Positions 16,238-29,011 of a stretch of DNA of 64,000 bases are shown here, piece by piece. The notes beneath the pieces are model-generated. The model saw nothing but the letters and a program-made list of their open reading frames with translations, searched no databases and was not told where the DNA came from. Origin of the DNA: Hormiphora californensis (Eukaryota > Animalia > Ctenophora); assembly GCA_020137815.1 (NCBI GenBank), contig CM035350.1, forward strand, positions 5,146,001 through 5,210,000, written 5' to 3'. The position numbers and the translations under genes are program-made. How positions within the stretch are numbered: position 1 is the first letter of the stretch; each line of letters starts with the position of its first letter.

Positions 16238-16339
16238 TTTTTTCTTGTTTTTTTCTGAAAAATATCAGAGTGATCGAAATTTAAATTTCTGGGCGAAAAA
16301 GAAGGCCAACGTACCCTTAGTTTTTTTTGGGCCGCGCGG
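15143..16339. mobile_element. About 1.2-kb non-autonomous DNA transposon with long TIRs
   Basis: About 80-bp imperfect TIRs starting CCGCGTGGCCCAAAAAAAACTAAGGGTACGTTGGCC; TA on both flanks; no ORF. Confidence 0.85.
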
Positions 16340-16534
16340 TATGATATGTATTTATATTTTAGATGGCTTAGATGTTTTTATGTTTTAGATGTTTTTATGT
16401 GTAGATTACTTGTACATGAGTTTGTTATACTGTATGACTGTGATATCTCCATGACTGTAATGTCGGCCCGGTTTGGAGAGGGCAGTCTTTTGTGGAGACA
16501 GTAAAACATTTTACGTTAAAAAGGGAAAGAAGTT

Positions 16535-18030
16535 TTTTTTAATTATGCACTGAACTGCTGTAGACATCACCCACTCACTTCACCCACACACAACACCCAC
16601 ACACATGACCAAGCCTGTACGACAGGTTATTGATCACCGGCTGTATTACAGCACGAGAGAGCCGTCACTAGTATCGTGCAGTGATCCGAGGATCATGATA
16701 ACAATTAATATGACGTGATCAACTGCTATAGCCCAACTGTTCATTCTGAGAATTCTGATACAAAGATATTATTTGCCGTACTGATATATGAGGTAACTCC
16801 AACCCCCCAGTTTCATCTCCTTGTTTAACATGGGAGTTACCAAGGGAATCCACTGAGTTCGATTAATCTAGGCACATACCCACAGTACTATTCGAATTGG
16901 CGTATCTTTATATCAGGAATCTCGGATAGCAACAATCCTTGTGTTTTATTGCTATCTGAACAGATTAGGCGTATAGACAGGGCTCTTATTATCAGCAGTG
17001 CTCACGTATCAAGGATAATGTTTTTAATTATGCACTGAACTGCTGTAGACATCACCCACTCACTTCACCCACACACAACACCCACACACATCTGTCTATA
17101 CGCCTAATCTGTTCAGATAGCAATAAAACACAAGGATTGTTGCTATCCGAGATTCCTGATATAAAGATACGCCAATTCGAATAGTACTGTGGGTATGTGC
17201 CTAGATTAATCGAACTCAGTGGATTCCCTTGGTAACTCCCATGTTAAACAAGGAGATGAAACTGGGGGGTTGGAGTTACCTCATATATCAGTACGGCAAA
17301 TAATATCTTTGTATCAGAATTCTCAGAATGAACAGTTGGGCTATAGCAGTTGATCACGTCATATTAATTGTTATCATGATCCTCGGATCACTGCACGATA
17401 CTAGTGACGGCTCTCTCGTGCTGTAATACAGCCGGTGATCAATAACCTGTCGTACAGGCTTGGTCATGTGTGTGGGTGTTGTGTGTGGGTGAAGTGAGTG
17501 GGTGATGTCTACAGCAGTTCAGTGCATAATTAAAAACATTATCCTTGATACGTGAGCACTGCTGATAATAAGAGCCCTGTCTATACGCCTAATCTGTTCA
17601 GATAGCAATAAAACACAAGGATTGTTGCTATCCGAGATTCCTGATATAAAGATACGCCAATTCGAATAGTACTGTGGGTATGTGCCTAGATTAATCGAAC
17701 TCAGTGGATTCCCTTGGTAACTCCCATGTTAAACAAGGAGATGAAACTGGGGGGTTGGAGTTACCTCATATATCAGTACGGCAAATAATATCTTTGTATC
17801 AGAATTCTCAGAATGAACAGTTGGGCTATAGCAGTTGATCACGTCATATTAATTGTTATCATGATCCTCGGATCACTGCACGATACTAGTGACGGCTCTC
17901 TCGTGCTGTAATACAGCCGGTGATCAATAACCTGTCGTACAGGCTTGGTCATGTGTGTGGGTGTTGTGTGTGGGTGAAGTGAGTGGGTGATGTCTACAGC
18001 AGTTCAGTGCATAATTAAAAACATTATCCT
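16535..18030. repeat. 485-bp unit array with an orientation switch at 17091/17092
   Basis: Forward unit 16541-17025 restarts at 17026; reverse-complement units start at 17092 and 17577. Confidence 0.92.
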
Positions 18031-18737
18031 TTATAGTCCAGAAAATGAGAAAAAATGGCGAAATAGGAGACCCTGGACAAATACAGAAGGCCACAACAAC
18101 GCAAAGTGCAGGATAAAATAGAAGATAAGGGGGGGGGGCAGATAAGCATTTCCAGGACTGACTGTGCTGCATATTGCAGGAGAGACGGGACAATATACTG
18201 AGATGTTACACAGAGAGAGGATACTAATGAGGTTGAGATTAATGTAATACGACTCCGGATGATATTACACACCCAATAATTTCAGTCAAGAGGGGGGGGG
18301 GGGGCGGGGGCTTGATAAAATAGGAGGGAGGGGTGGGGGGCTCGAGACAATGAGCGTACCGGGTGGTTCGGCCGACAATCCGATTGTCACAATACATCCC
18401 ATATGTGTGATTATATTACCTCTGACCTGACTCTCTCAGAACGAACAGACAACTCTGACCAGCGACCTTCTACCGTTATCAGTCCGAGAGGAAGGGACCA
18501 CGAATGAATTACAACCAGAGAAGGATGAACAACCGATCAGTTCCTCCCCACATACAACTTGCCGAATATCTCCAATTGAACTAGGTGTATGTGGAAGCTA
18601 GTGACGATGTGTGAGGGTGACAGTACATGTGATATATTTGTACAGAGATGTACACACTACACACGTGACTAAAAGAGGGTGCATAGAACACCCTACAGCT
18701 GCTGCAGAATCATCTATAAAGTGAAGTCTAATTGAAA

Positions 18738-18875
<138 letters not shown>

Positions 18876-18933
18876 GAGAGAGAGTCAGAGTGAGAGAGAG
18901 AGAGAGTCAGAGTGAGAGAGAGAGAGAGAGAGA

Positions 18934-20164
18934 GTTTACCTTTGATTACCTTTGACAAGGTTTAGCTGAAGTAGCTTGGAATCCACTTTAGTAATGGACC
19001 CGTTGGAATGTTCCTGCTGGTCTAATAGATAACAACAGGAACACTATAGCAAACAAAGAAGGCAATTTAATGAAATAAATGAAAAGAAGAAACTTAAATG
19101 AATAGCACTCTCAGTAAGTACTACTGTGTCCCCGAGGAGACCTCCACCACCTCGCCCTTTTTGATCCTAAACGACTTCCCAGGGCTCCGCTCCTTCTCCT
19201 CTTTCAACTTTTTCACTAGGACCGCCCGAGCCGCTCTCTCCTCAGAAGTAAGGTCGGGAGAGATATAAACTCGGGAAAACACTTCACTCTCTCTAAGTCG
19301 TGTCTTCTTACCAAGAATACACGACTGCATCTCCTTACTTGTCAGGGTTAATTTCAGGGGTCTAGTCTGGCCTGCTGAAAATCTCCCCAACCGCTGAGCA
19401 CGTTTCACAAGAGGTTTCTCCGCGAGTGTTGTCCACAGCTCCGGTAACAGTTCCTCGCTGTCTCCAGGACTGTCAGTCAGCCCGTGGATGACAATATTAC
19501 ACGACCTATCCTCGCTTGCTGCAGCAACAGCCTTCTGAATCCTACTAGGAGCCAAGGCTGTCTCGCATTCCCTCTTTAACGCAGATGAGAAGCTATGAAT
19601 CTCCTCTTTTGCAATAATCTGTACCTCTGTAATCACTTCCTCTCTCTTCTCCAAGAGCTGCTCCTGCAGTTTAAGTAACTGCTCCTGGGCACCAACTAGT
19701 GCCTTCTGGGCGGAGATAAGATCCTCCTGACGCTCTATGAGCTTCTTCTCTATCTCACTGCACTTCCTAGCTTCATTAAACTGGCTCCTCATTACAGGGA
19801 ACAACCTCTCAACCAACAACTTGCCAGTCATCTCCACCCACGCAACTAAATCATTTTTATCCACCTTATCTAATTTGTACTTAGAGGGGGCAGATAAAGT
19901 GTCCCATAGACTCTCCTCTGCACCATTATACTCTGCACTAAACACGCCCGTGGTGGGACGTGCTCCAGCCATCGCAAATAGTTCCTCTATCATTTCCACA
20001 GTTTCTACATGTACATTTTCCAGCTCTGAGTCACTAATTGACTTGTTGCCACTAACCAAGACTCTAGGACTCACACTCATAACGGTGAAAAGTGACCGTT
20101 ACAACTATAAAGATAAGAGACGGACGATTTTCAATGCACAAGCGATAAGAACAAGCAAGAAAAT
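18934..20164 (-). mobile_element. ORF1-only non-LTR-like element inside a (GA)n microsatellite; ORF 19121-20080 (319 aa)
   Basis: Coiled coil followed by CR1/L2 ORF1-type motifs RSCNIVIHGL, RLGRF..TRPLKLTL, VYISPDLTSEER; short 3' UTR ending in (TCAAAGGTAA)2; (GA)n on both sides. Confidence 0.75.
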
Positions 20165-20209
20165 AGAGAGAGAGAGTCAGAGAGAGAGAGAGAGTCAGAG
20201 AGAGGGAGA

Positions 20210-20263
<54 letters not shown>

Positions 20264-20293
20264 TGAGAGAGAGAGAGAGAGCGAGAGAGAGTC

Positions 20294-20338
<45 letters not shown>

Positions 20339-20370
20339 TGAGAGAGAGAGAGAGAGAGCGAGAGAGAGTC

Positions 20371-20437
<67 letters not shown>

Positions 20438-21427
20438 TGAGAAAGAGACCACGTGTCTAATCACTATAATAGTCAACACAATAAGTTACATCAGGGAATT
20501 ATTCCATATGAGGACAATAACAACAACTCGCTAATTAGTCTACAGAGAGATCCCTCTATAATAACACCCCCTCCCCTCTCTCTGATACATGACACCGTCT
20601 GTATTTTGTAAGAATTGAGAACTTCCCAGACCACCAGGCATATTACAGGAGACAACCACGCAGTCTACATGAGACGTGTGTAACTCTGTATCTTGAGACC
20701 CCGAAACTAATTCAATGAAAAGGGTCCTATAGAGTAAATTAGAACCAAACCCATAACGAATCTCATTCACCCTTTGCGTACTAAAATATTAGCCTGAGAG
20801 GCTATTGCTGTCTTACTAATAGGAGATCACTTCCATAGTATTTTCGCAGCCAACAGGGATCCGTGGTACAAGAAGCATATCATTTTGTTCTAACAGTTAG
20901 AGTAACTATCATGGAGCAGACTTCAGACTATAATAGGATGTAAATTCGGCTATGTAAAGTATAACGGCCTCCCTTAAACCTCCGGGGGACGTCTGGGGAG
21001 TGGGAAATCTATCAATCTTTGAGTTTACACTATTAGGCCTGAATAGTGGATACCCCGGTGGCCGGTTTTAGCAATTAGTTGGAGAAAGTGAGGACAGAGG
21101 AGTTTTCAATTTTCGTGTCACAAGGATAGGATCAAAAGCTACTACAGTACACATTTATTAACTTGAATCTGGGGCCTGGGCGCCTGGTTACCGTCAGGTC
21201 GGCTCTTGGCTGAGGGAGCCCAATTATGTCAAGGGAATGGGATAGAGCCCCCACTGCGGGGTACTGATTGGCTGTAGGGGCAGAATTAAATAGACCAACG
21301 CCCAAGTCCTAACACCGACTGGCGACGGTTTTTAACAGCCGAGGAGAAGCTGCCGAAGAGGTTAAGGGTTTACAAGGCATGGGCCACCCCGAAAAGTAAG
21401 GATTTGCCTAGCTAGACTGTGTTTCGT

Positions 21428-22795
21428 GCTTCCCTACCTCCCATTTACTCCATCTCTCAGCTTCCCTAGCTCCCATTTACTCCATCCCTCAGCTTCCCTA
21501 CCTCCCATTTACTCCATCTCTCAACTTCCCTACCTCCCATTTACTCCATCTCTCAGCTACCCTACCTCCCATTTACTCCATCTCTCAGCTTCCCTACCTC
21601 CCATTTACTCCATCTCTCAGCTACCCTACCTCCCATTTACTCCATCTCTCAGCTTCCCTACCTCCCATTTACTCCATCTCTCAGCTACCTTACCTTCCAT
21701 TTACTCCATCTCTCAGCTTCCCTACCTCCCATTTACTCCATCTCTCAGCTACCCTACCTCCCATTTACTCCATCTCTCAGCTTCCCTACCTCCCATTTAC
21801 TCCATCTCTCAGCTGCCCTACCTCCCATTTACTCCATCTCTCAGGGGTAGGAATGTTAGGATAAATGAGAGATGGAGTAAATGGGAGGTAGGGAAGCTGA
21901 GGGATGGAGTAAATGGGAGGTAGGGAAGCTGAGAGATGGAGTAAATGGGAGGTAGTGTAGCTGAGAGATGGAGTAAATGGGAGGTAGGGAAGTTGAGAGA
22001 TGGAGTAAACGGGAGGTAGGGAAGCTGAGGGATGGAGTAAATGGGAGGTAGGGAAGCTGAGAGATGGAGTAAATGGGAGGTAGGGAAGCTGAGAGATGGA
22101 GTAAATGGGTGGTAGGGTAGCTGAGAGATGGAGTGAATGGGAGGTAGGGTAGCTGAGAGATGGAGTAAATGGGAGGTAGGGAAGCTGAGAGATGGAGTAA
22201 ATGGGAGGTAGGGAAGCTGAGGGATGGAGTAAATGGGAGGTAGGGAAGCTGAGAGATGGAGTAAATGGGAGGTAGGGTAGCTGATAGATGGAGTGAATGG
22301 GAGGTTGGGTAGCTGAGAGATGGAGTAAATGGGAGGTAGGGAAGCTGAGAGATGGAGTAAATGGGAGGTAGGGAAGCTGAGAGATGGAGTAAATGGGAGG
22401 TAGGGTAGCTGAGAGATGGAGTAAATGGGAGGTAGGGTAGCTGAGAGATGGAGTAGATGAGGAGTAGGGTAGCGGAGAGATGGACTAGATTAGGGGTAGG
22501 GTAGCTGAAAGATGGAGTTGATGAGGGCTAGGGAAGCATAGAGATGGAAACGATTATGGATAGGGATTCCCTACCCCTAATCGTTTCCATCTCTATGCTT
22601 CCCTAATAGGGAAGCTGAGAGATGGAGTAGATGAGGAGTAGGGTAGCTGAGAGATGGACTAGATAAGGGGTAGGGTAGCTGAAAGATGGAGTAGATGAGG
22701 GGTAGGGTAGCTGAAAGATGGAGTAGATGAGGGGTAGGGTAGCTGAGAGATCGAGTTGATGAGGGGTAGGATAGCTGAGAGATGGAGTAGATCAA
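21428..22795. repeat. 32-bp minisatellite, fold-back arrangement
   Basis: Unit GCTTCCCTACCTCCCATTTACTCCATCTCTCA about 13 times to 21843, then reverse-complement units from about 21866. Confidence 0.95.
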
Positions 22796-23649
22796 GATCA
22801 AGAAATATTTGATTCGGCACCGACCCTCTCTCTACTCCTCGATGTTTCCCGCCATGTTCTGCAGCTGCTGTGTGAGAGTTGAACGCGAGCGCGTCAATAA
22901 CATGACACGACATGCAACACGGCATGCGAGATGCGAATTTCATTATTTTGAAGTTTTGTGGGGTTGCGATTTTTGTTTTAGGTCGGAGAGTGAAACGGCC
23001 GGTACAGTGGTAAACTAGATTAAAAACTGTACGCCTCGTTAGACGGCGATTTTTCCTATCTTGTCTGGTTCCTGAGATATGGCCCCCTAAAGAGTTGGTG
23101 TCTCAAACTGCTGAATTGGGGTCACGCGAGGAAAATGGGCATCAGTTTGCGTGTACTGCTCCGTTTTTCACGGGACTTGAACGAGGGTGACGGCAAGAGT
23201 CTCACCTATTACATGGTATCCTTACATTGTGAATTAAATCTAAAATGACTGAGCAGCATGCTTGTTAATGAACCTTGACGTGTTTGCTTGTCTCGCAAGC
23301 GCGCTCGCGACTAGCAAACACGACATGCAGTTCACACCCTGGATAAGGGCTCTCAAATTGCTCATTTTGGACCAGCTGGGCGTGTTTGAGCGTGTTTGAC
23401 CGTGTTTGACCGTGTGAGGACCTGAAATTTGCTCTTTTTTGTTGAAATTTCCTGAAAATGGTGGCGCGCGCAAATAAAGTAAAATATGCGCGTTGCAGTT
23501 TATGTAACGCGCGACCAAAGTCCGGTCATAAACGGTAAAAGCGCTGCCAAAATTAACTTTCTTGAGCCGCGCATACATGCACTGGAAAATTTTCTGGTTA
23601 TAAATTTTTCGTTGGGTCGCCAGAAATCAAAATTTTCATTTTGTCAATA

Positions 23650-24120
23650 CAGCACCTGATGCTCGCAGTGACGTGTATGCTATTGGGTTGTGGAGAGGAC
23701 TACAGGGGGCCCACGTGGACGTTGCAGTGTTTCATCCTACTGCACCCAGTTACAGAGGAAAAGACCCAAAATCTCTGTACAAAATGAACGAAAGTCGGAA
23801 GAAACGTGATTACCAACAACGAATCAGAGAATCGGAGAGAGGGGCTTTCACCCCGTTTGTTATGGCCACTTCCGGAGGTTCCGGACCAGAGGCAGAACGA
23901 CTAATCAAAAAGCTCGCTTCACGCATCTCTACCAAACACAAGGACAAATACGCTGAAGTGATTAATTTCCTGAGAACGCGGATACGATTCTGTCTCCTCA
24001 GAAGTACCTTGGTCTCACTCAGGGGCACGAGGAAAAAGTTCACGACTCCACCACCCATTGCAATGTGTGATTTTACTGACTGTCTTTTTATTTATAATAT
24101 TTATTGTTTATTTGAGTGAG
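23650..24120 (+). mobile_element. 3' fragment of an RLE-type (CRE-like) non-LTR retrotransposon
   Basis: APDARSDVYAIGLWRG..DVAVFHP..SY..ESRKKRDY..FTPFVMATSGG..EAERLIK..FCLLRS..LRGTR resembles the PD-(D/E)xK endonuclease tail of CRE-clade elements. Confidence 0.75.
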
Positions 24121-24307
24121 TGATTTTAAGATTTATTTATTACTAACCCCAACACCGGGGGCAAATGATCGAACCCAATGTGAATGAGACTCATCGCGAT
24201 TAACTCTTCATACGGTTACCCCCTTTCTCTCTTCGGCAGCTTCTCTTCGGCTGTTGGAAAGTGATGCCAATCGGTGTTGGGGTTAGTGAATTTAAGAAAA
24301 AAAAAAA

Positions 24308-24490
24308 CAGGCTCAAACAGGCTTGAAACGGGCTTGAAAGAGGCTTGAGACGGGTTGAAATAGGCTAAAGACTTGCGTTTTACGAGTAGCCCGTCTCAAG
24401 CCCATCTCAAGCCTGTTTCGAGCCCGTTTCGAGCCAATTTCAAGCCCATTTCAACCCGTCTCAAGCCCATCTGACTCCATCTCAAGCCCA
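24308..24490. repeat. About 11-bp subrepeat array (GGGCTTGAAAC-like) in inverted halves
   Basis: GGCTTGA(A/G)A units 24308-24366 followed by T(T/C)TCAAGCCC units 24388-24490. Confidence 0.75.
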
Positions 24491-24749
24491 TCTGGGGTAA
24501 AACACGTCTAGACAGGTACAGCCTCGGTCTAGACGACGTGGCAAGCTTGGCGGACGGTGGGACGACGTCTAAAAACAACATTTGAGGCAAATGAACATTT
24601 GTCAAAAAAATGGAACAATTTTTTTACCGTGCACTTTTGAGCCGTTCACGTGGCGCATGAGTGCACACAAAACTTTTAAAAATCGTTTTTTCATTTTTTT
24701 AAGATTTTTCTTTTTTTCTTTTTAATTTTTTCTTTTTTTGTTGAAAATT

Positions 24750-25384
24750 TCATCGTGCACTCATGCACCGCCATACACCCCATTCAAATGTCCCTGCACT
24801 GCTCTCCACTCGTATCTGGTTGCCAATGACCTCACATGACCAGCTGTATGTCTGCCCCTCTGCGCTAACATCATCTAGATTTAGTTGCACAGTTCCGCAC
24901 TGGTGTTTCTGCTCGGCACTGTCTACCACATACACCACTGCATCCGCCATCGATCTAGCAACTTCTCTGACATTTTGTGCAGTTATAGCAGTGCTGAATA
25001 GAACCAGAGTGACATCTTTAACTCTGATATCAGTGTTAGAGAATGTCATCAGGAGCCAAGAGGCAGTGTCATCCAGGTGGGCCTCTGCAAATGTCGCCAC
25101 GATGTTGTCGATACTGAGAGCAGCGGGGTATACAATTCCATTTGTATCATGGTATGTAGTGCTTAGAGTAGCAGAGAAGGGCCTGATCACTCTAGAAGGC
25201 ACTGAAATGTTTTGATAGTTGTTATCAGTGTTACAAATAATAATAATAATAATATCGACTATCGAAGCTGCAGTTTTTGGACCACTAATTGTACTTTAAA
25301 TGGCTTACCAGCATAATCATAAGGAGCTGCACGTGACATGAACAGAAGAACCAGAACCATTGACATTATATTTAGAGACGTCAT
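24750..25384 (-). CDS. Secreted protein with an F-type-lectin/discoidin-like domain; exons 25384-25309 and 25201-24750
   Basis: Signal-peptide-like exon MTSLNIMSMVLVLLFMSRAAPYDYA splices in phase 1 to VPSRVIRP..YPAALSIDN..SWLLMTF..CGTV..YSWSC..GNQIRV; family call is by motif resemblance. Confidence 0.6.
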
Positions 25385-26436
25385 TTGTTGTTTCCTGCCT
25401 AAACTATACGGGGATGTAACAGTCAGAAACCTAAACTACCTAAAAATGAAAATATGTAAATAGAATCAATCAGTTGGACCAAAAGTATAGGATGAAGATT
25501 GAAGGACGTTGAATTGTTCATACTTAAATTTTTTATTCTAAAATGAGGAGCACGGACATAGTGTCATCAGGCGACTAAAAGAGGACGGGAAATTCCACGA
25601 ACTAAAAGGCGGTGTAAATAGAAAGTGAACTATAAGCTCCTAGTTCTTCACAGTACAGACTGTTGTGCGTCACACCGGACAGCTCTGTGTTTGAACTGAG
25701 TACCATTATATCACGTGATCTGTGTCGCTTGTGGGAGTTCGCACGCCCAGTTTTCACTTGTCTACACACAGCACTGTGATAGTAAACACTTAACACACAC
25801 ACGTACACCTGAACTAAATTGGCGAGTCACGTGACTGATAACATCGGGAACATCGTAAACAACGTTTTTCTTAATTGATCCTCCTAACCCACTATATCGG
25901 TTTACTGAGAACTATAACACCGCATATCTGCAGTTGCACAGTTATGAGCACCTTTCTTCCCTTTACGAAGAGAGGAGGGATAGGAAGACCGAAGAGGGTG
26001 AGGATGAAGAGGATCAGGAGGCGGTAAGCGTGGGAAAAGTAAGTGACGCATTTAGACTAAAGAGAGAGAGAAAAGTTGGCGCACGAAAGTCGACAGCACT
26101 TGGTTATAGCGGCTTGACCCAGATCTAAGTAGACCCTTTGGGGTAAGACCGTCCTCGCTAAACGGAGCCGCACAAACATACACACATTCAATGAGTTGAT
26201 TATATGTGGGAACTGGGATGATACTTGCCTAGTTAGACTGTGTTTCGTGCGCCCCGTGTTAGAACATAACAATATGATACATGAAGTGTATTATTCGTGT
26301 TGGCAGTATCATAATGTATGTCTTGTTGTTTGTAGTGTGTCAAGTTACCTATTGCATCCTCTGGTCCATGATAATAAACCATCACTTCTGCCTCCTTAGA
26401 ATATAATCAAGAATTGAAGACCAGACAACTGATTTA

Positions 26437-26532
26437 TTATGCCAAAAACTAAATGAAATTAGTTGGCTGGAAAGGTGACCACTTTTGCCGTCTCCGGGTT
26501 TTTTTCATCATCATATCCCTCTCTGATCACTA

Positions 26533-26588
<56 letters not shown>

Positions 26589-26704
26589 CTCTCTCTTTCT
26601 CTCTTTCCCTCTCTTTCCGTAACCCGGGCCGGGCAAAGGTGTCAGTTTGACAACAAAAGTGGTCACCTTTCCAGCCAACTAATTTCATTTAGTTTTTGGC
26701 ATAA
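26437..26704. mobile_element. MITE with about 52-bp TIRs and an internal (CT)n
   Basis: TTATGCCAAAAACTAAATGAAATTAGTTGGCTGGAAAGGTGACCACTTTTG and its reverse complement; TTTA on both flanks. Confidence 0.85.
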
Positions 26705-27810
26705 TTTAGGTTCATTTTTGGTATTTTCTGATGTAAAATATGATGTTAGACATGTCTGGACGTAGCAGAACTTGTAAAGACCGTCAGGAATCGCTAAAGT
26801 ACGGAAATTTCAATTTTGACGTCATTATGACGTCATATCGTGACGTCATGACGTTATAACGTCATGCTAGTGAAAAATTATTATCAGGCTCATCTAGATA
26901 AAGATGCTGACTAAGTTTGAGATCGATTGGACAAGATTTGACGTCGCTATGGCGAAAAACGCACTATCGTCATATCTATTTTATACAGTCTTAAAACTTC
27001 AGACGCGATTTAAGACCCTTGGAAATAGAGTTTCACAAATTCGCAATATAGTTTCTGAAAGTTTAGACGATTATCTTTCATAAGTGTGGTCTCCATTTTT
27101 CAATCAGAAGCCGTCTTCAGGGTGTAAATTGAGCTCAAAGAAGTTTGGTTGATTTTGAAAATGTCTTAACTTTATGACAGTTTTTTAGGACGTTCTGGTT
27201 GGACCTAGAACATGAAAACCGTCCAATAACACAATTCAAACGATCATCTTTCGAATGCAACAAACGAGAAGTGTCTACCTCTTGTAGTTTTTCCAGAAAA
27301 TTGTCTGCAAATTGTGTAAAAAAGCGTCTATCTATATATATATATATGGATGTATATATAGACCCGGGACATTTATTGCTTTTTTCACCATATCATAACT
27401 CTAAAACTAAAAGAGATAGAGACTTGATCTTTTGAACTCCAGTAGATCTAGTCTACGTGACACTGTATACCAAATTTCAGACCGATTGGTGCAGTGGGGG
27501 CCTCGCTATGGGCGTCGCAAAATGCCATTTTTGGCTAAAAACTGAAAAAACTTATTACTGCTTTCTGGCACGCGCGGCTGGGGGGGGGGGGGTGGTGGTC
27601 ACCTTTGCGCTTGCCAGCGCAGTGATTTAATAAACTACATTTTTAAATCATCAAATACAGTATTACAAATTCCCACCCATTACATACACGAAACTAACAC
27701 TCTTCCTGTTAAGCTCTTTTACAATAGTGAACACTTGTTACGATAGTTCCTTGTGGGCTTGCAAGCTCAGGCACTCGGAGTAAGTAGTAGTAATGGTGTC
27801 CATGGTGGTT

Positions 27811-28881
27811 TTAATAATCCGAGGACGGTGCTTCGTAGCGTTCCCCACTATCTACAACATCGTTATAACTTGGTGGGGGTAGATCAGCAGGAGGACTGTA
27901 GGAAATCGGGTATCGATCAGAGAGGGTCGGACTGTTCATTTTAGGTGAATCGGCTAGCGTAGACTTGTACCCTTGATAACCCCCTTTCTCTGACTCACTG
28001 CTACTGCTACTGGAACGTTTGGTGAAGTTATCCGCGGGGGGTAAGTGGCTGGGGTAGTATGGATCTTCTCCGGTCTGATCAACAGTTGGTTGGTTGTGAG
28101 CTGCAGGACTTGGTGAGTCAGCCCCCTGTAGTGCCCCCATCTCCCGATCATCATCTGTTTCTTCTTTCTTAGCATAACAACAGCTGCAACATCTCTTTAC
28201 TTTCCTTTTTAGACTGCGGAAAAGTTCCCTTAAACACGATTCCCAAATGACGCCTACACAGCAGCATAGCCAAAACATGATGCATGGCCACCAGGTGATA
28301 TAGCACGTTTCAGATGGGATGATCGCTAAGATAATCAAATAAGTAATGACGATCAGAACGGCAGGAACAACAATAGCCGCTAGACCCTTTCCGAAGGAAT
28401 ATTTGTTATCTAACAGAATAGCCTCATCATGATAATAACACCTGAACCAGTTATCCAGATCATTGAATATCTCATTACTCAGCCTCTCCCAGTAATTCAT
28501 AAGTGAAGCCTCGTTCCTGCTATACCTGTCAGTACACGTCGTGCTAGCGAGACACCCCCGTTTAGCTGAACTAGCATCATATGCTACCAGCCCCATTTTC
28601 GGGGGCGCAGAGAAATTCTTGTTGTCATACCAGTATGCGTAGACCTCTAGACAGGGGTAGTAACTAGTGCAACTATACTCATCGTTTGGGTCCGAACAAT
28701 CGCACTGCACCAGGGACATTTCCCCGGGGTCTATAGTTCTCGTAATCAGAGCACAGGAACCAACCACAAACCTCGCCCCGTAAAACTGGTTGGGGCTGTA
28801 GGCAGCACCAAGTATTATAAGGAGAATGCACAGACATCCAAGAAGTATCAGAAGACCGGTTACCGTTCGGAAGTTACCCAT
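27811..28881 (-). CDS. Membrane protein resembling BK channel beta subunits (KCNMB/CaKB-like), copy 1, 356 aa, intronless
   Basis: N-terminal TM, Cys-rich loop with CTSYYPCLEVY and FRCYY..ILL..KYS, second TM, Cys cluster and PPPSY tail; ATG at 28881. Confidence 0.7.
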   Translation of the reverse strand: MGNFRTVTGLLILLGCLCILLIILGAAYSPNQFYGARFVVGSCALITRTIDPGEMSLVQCDCSDPNDEYSCTSYYPCLEVYAYWYDNKNFSAPPKMGLVAYDASSAKRGCLASTTCTDRYSRNEASLMNYWERLSNEIFNDLDNWFRCYYHDEAILLDNKYSFGKGLAAIVVPAVLIVITYLIILAIIPSETCYITWWPCIMFWLCCCVGVIWESCLRELFRSLKRKVKRCCSCCYAKKEETDDDREMGALQGADSPSPAAHNQPTVDQTGEDPYYPSHLPPADNFTKRSSSSSSESEKGGYQGYKSTLADSPKMNSPTLSDRYPISYSPPADLPPPSYNDVVDSGERYEAPSSDY

Positions 28882-29011
28882 AGTGAAGCTACCTGTCACC
28901 TGCAGTTCAGAAGAAACAAACGTGTTAGACAAACGTGTTAGACAAGCAAAATACGGGCAGCATAGGATTTTTTTCAACAGGAATTTTAAATTTTTAGGTG
29001 AGGAAGGACCT

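Noticed and set aside
16541-17025. 485-bp unit as a spliced-leader RNA or hammerhead array
   Set aside because: No CTGATGA...GAAA core, and no leader or Sm-site match that I can support
19737-20534. 265-aa ORF with an ER repeat, and similar SL/ER ORFs at 555-858, 18728-18958, 26453-26765 and 36830-37117
   Set aside because: Translations of microsatellites or of the antisense strand of the ORF1 gene
21428-22795. 32-bp repeats as a CRISPR array, and the Pro/Ser/Leu-rich ORFs over them
   Set aside because: Head-to-tail units with no unique spacers, no cas genes, eukaryotic context
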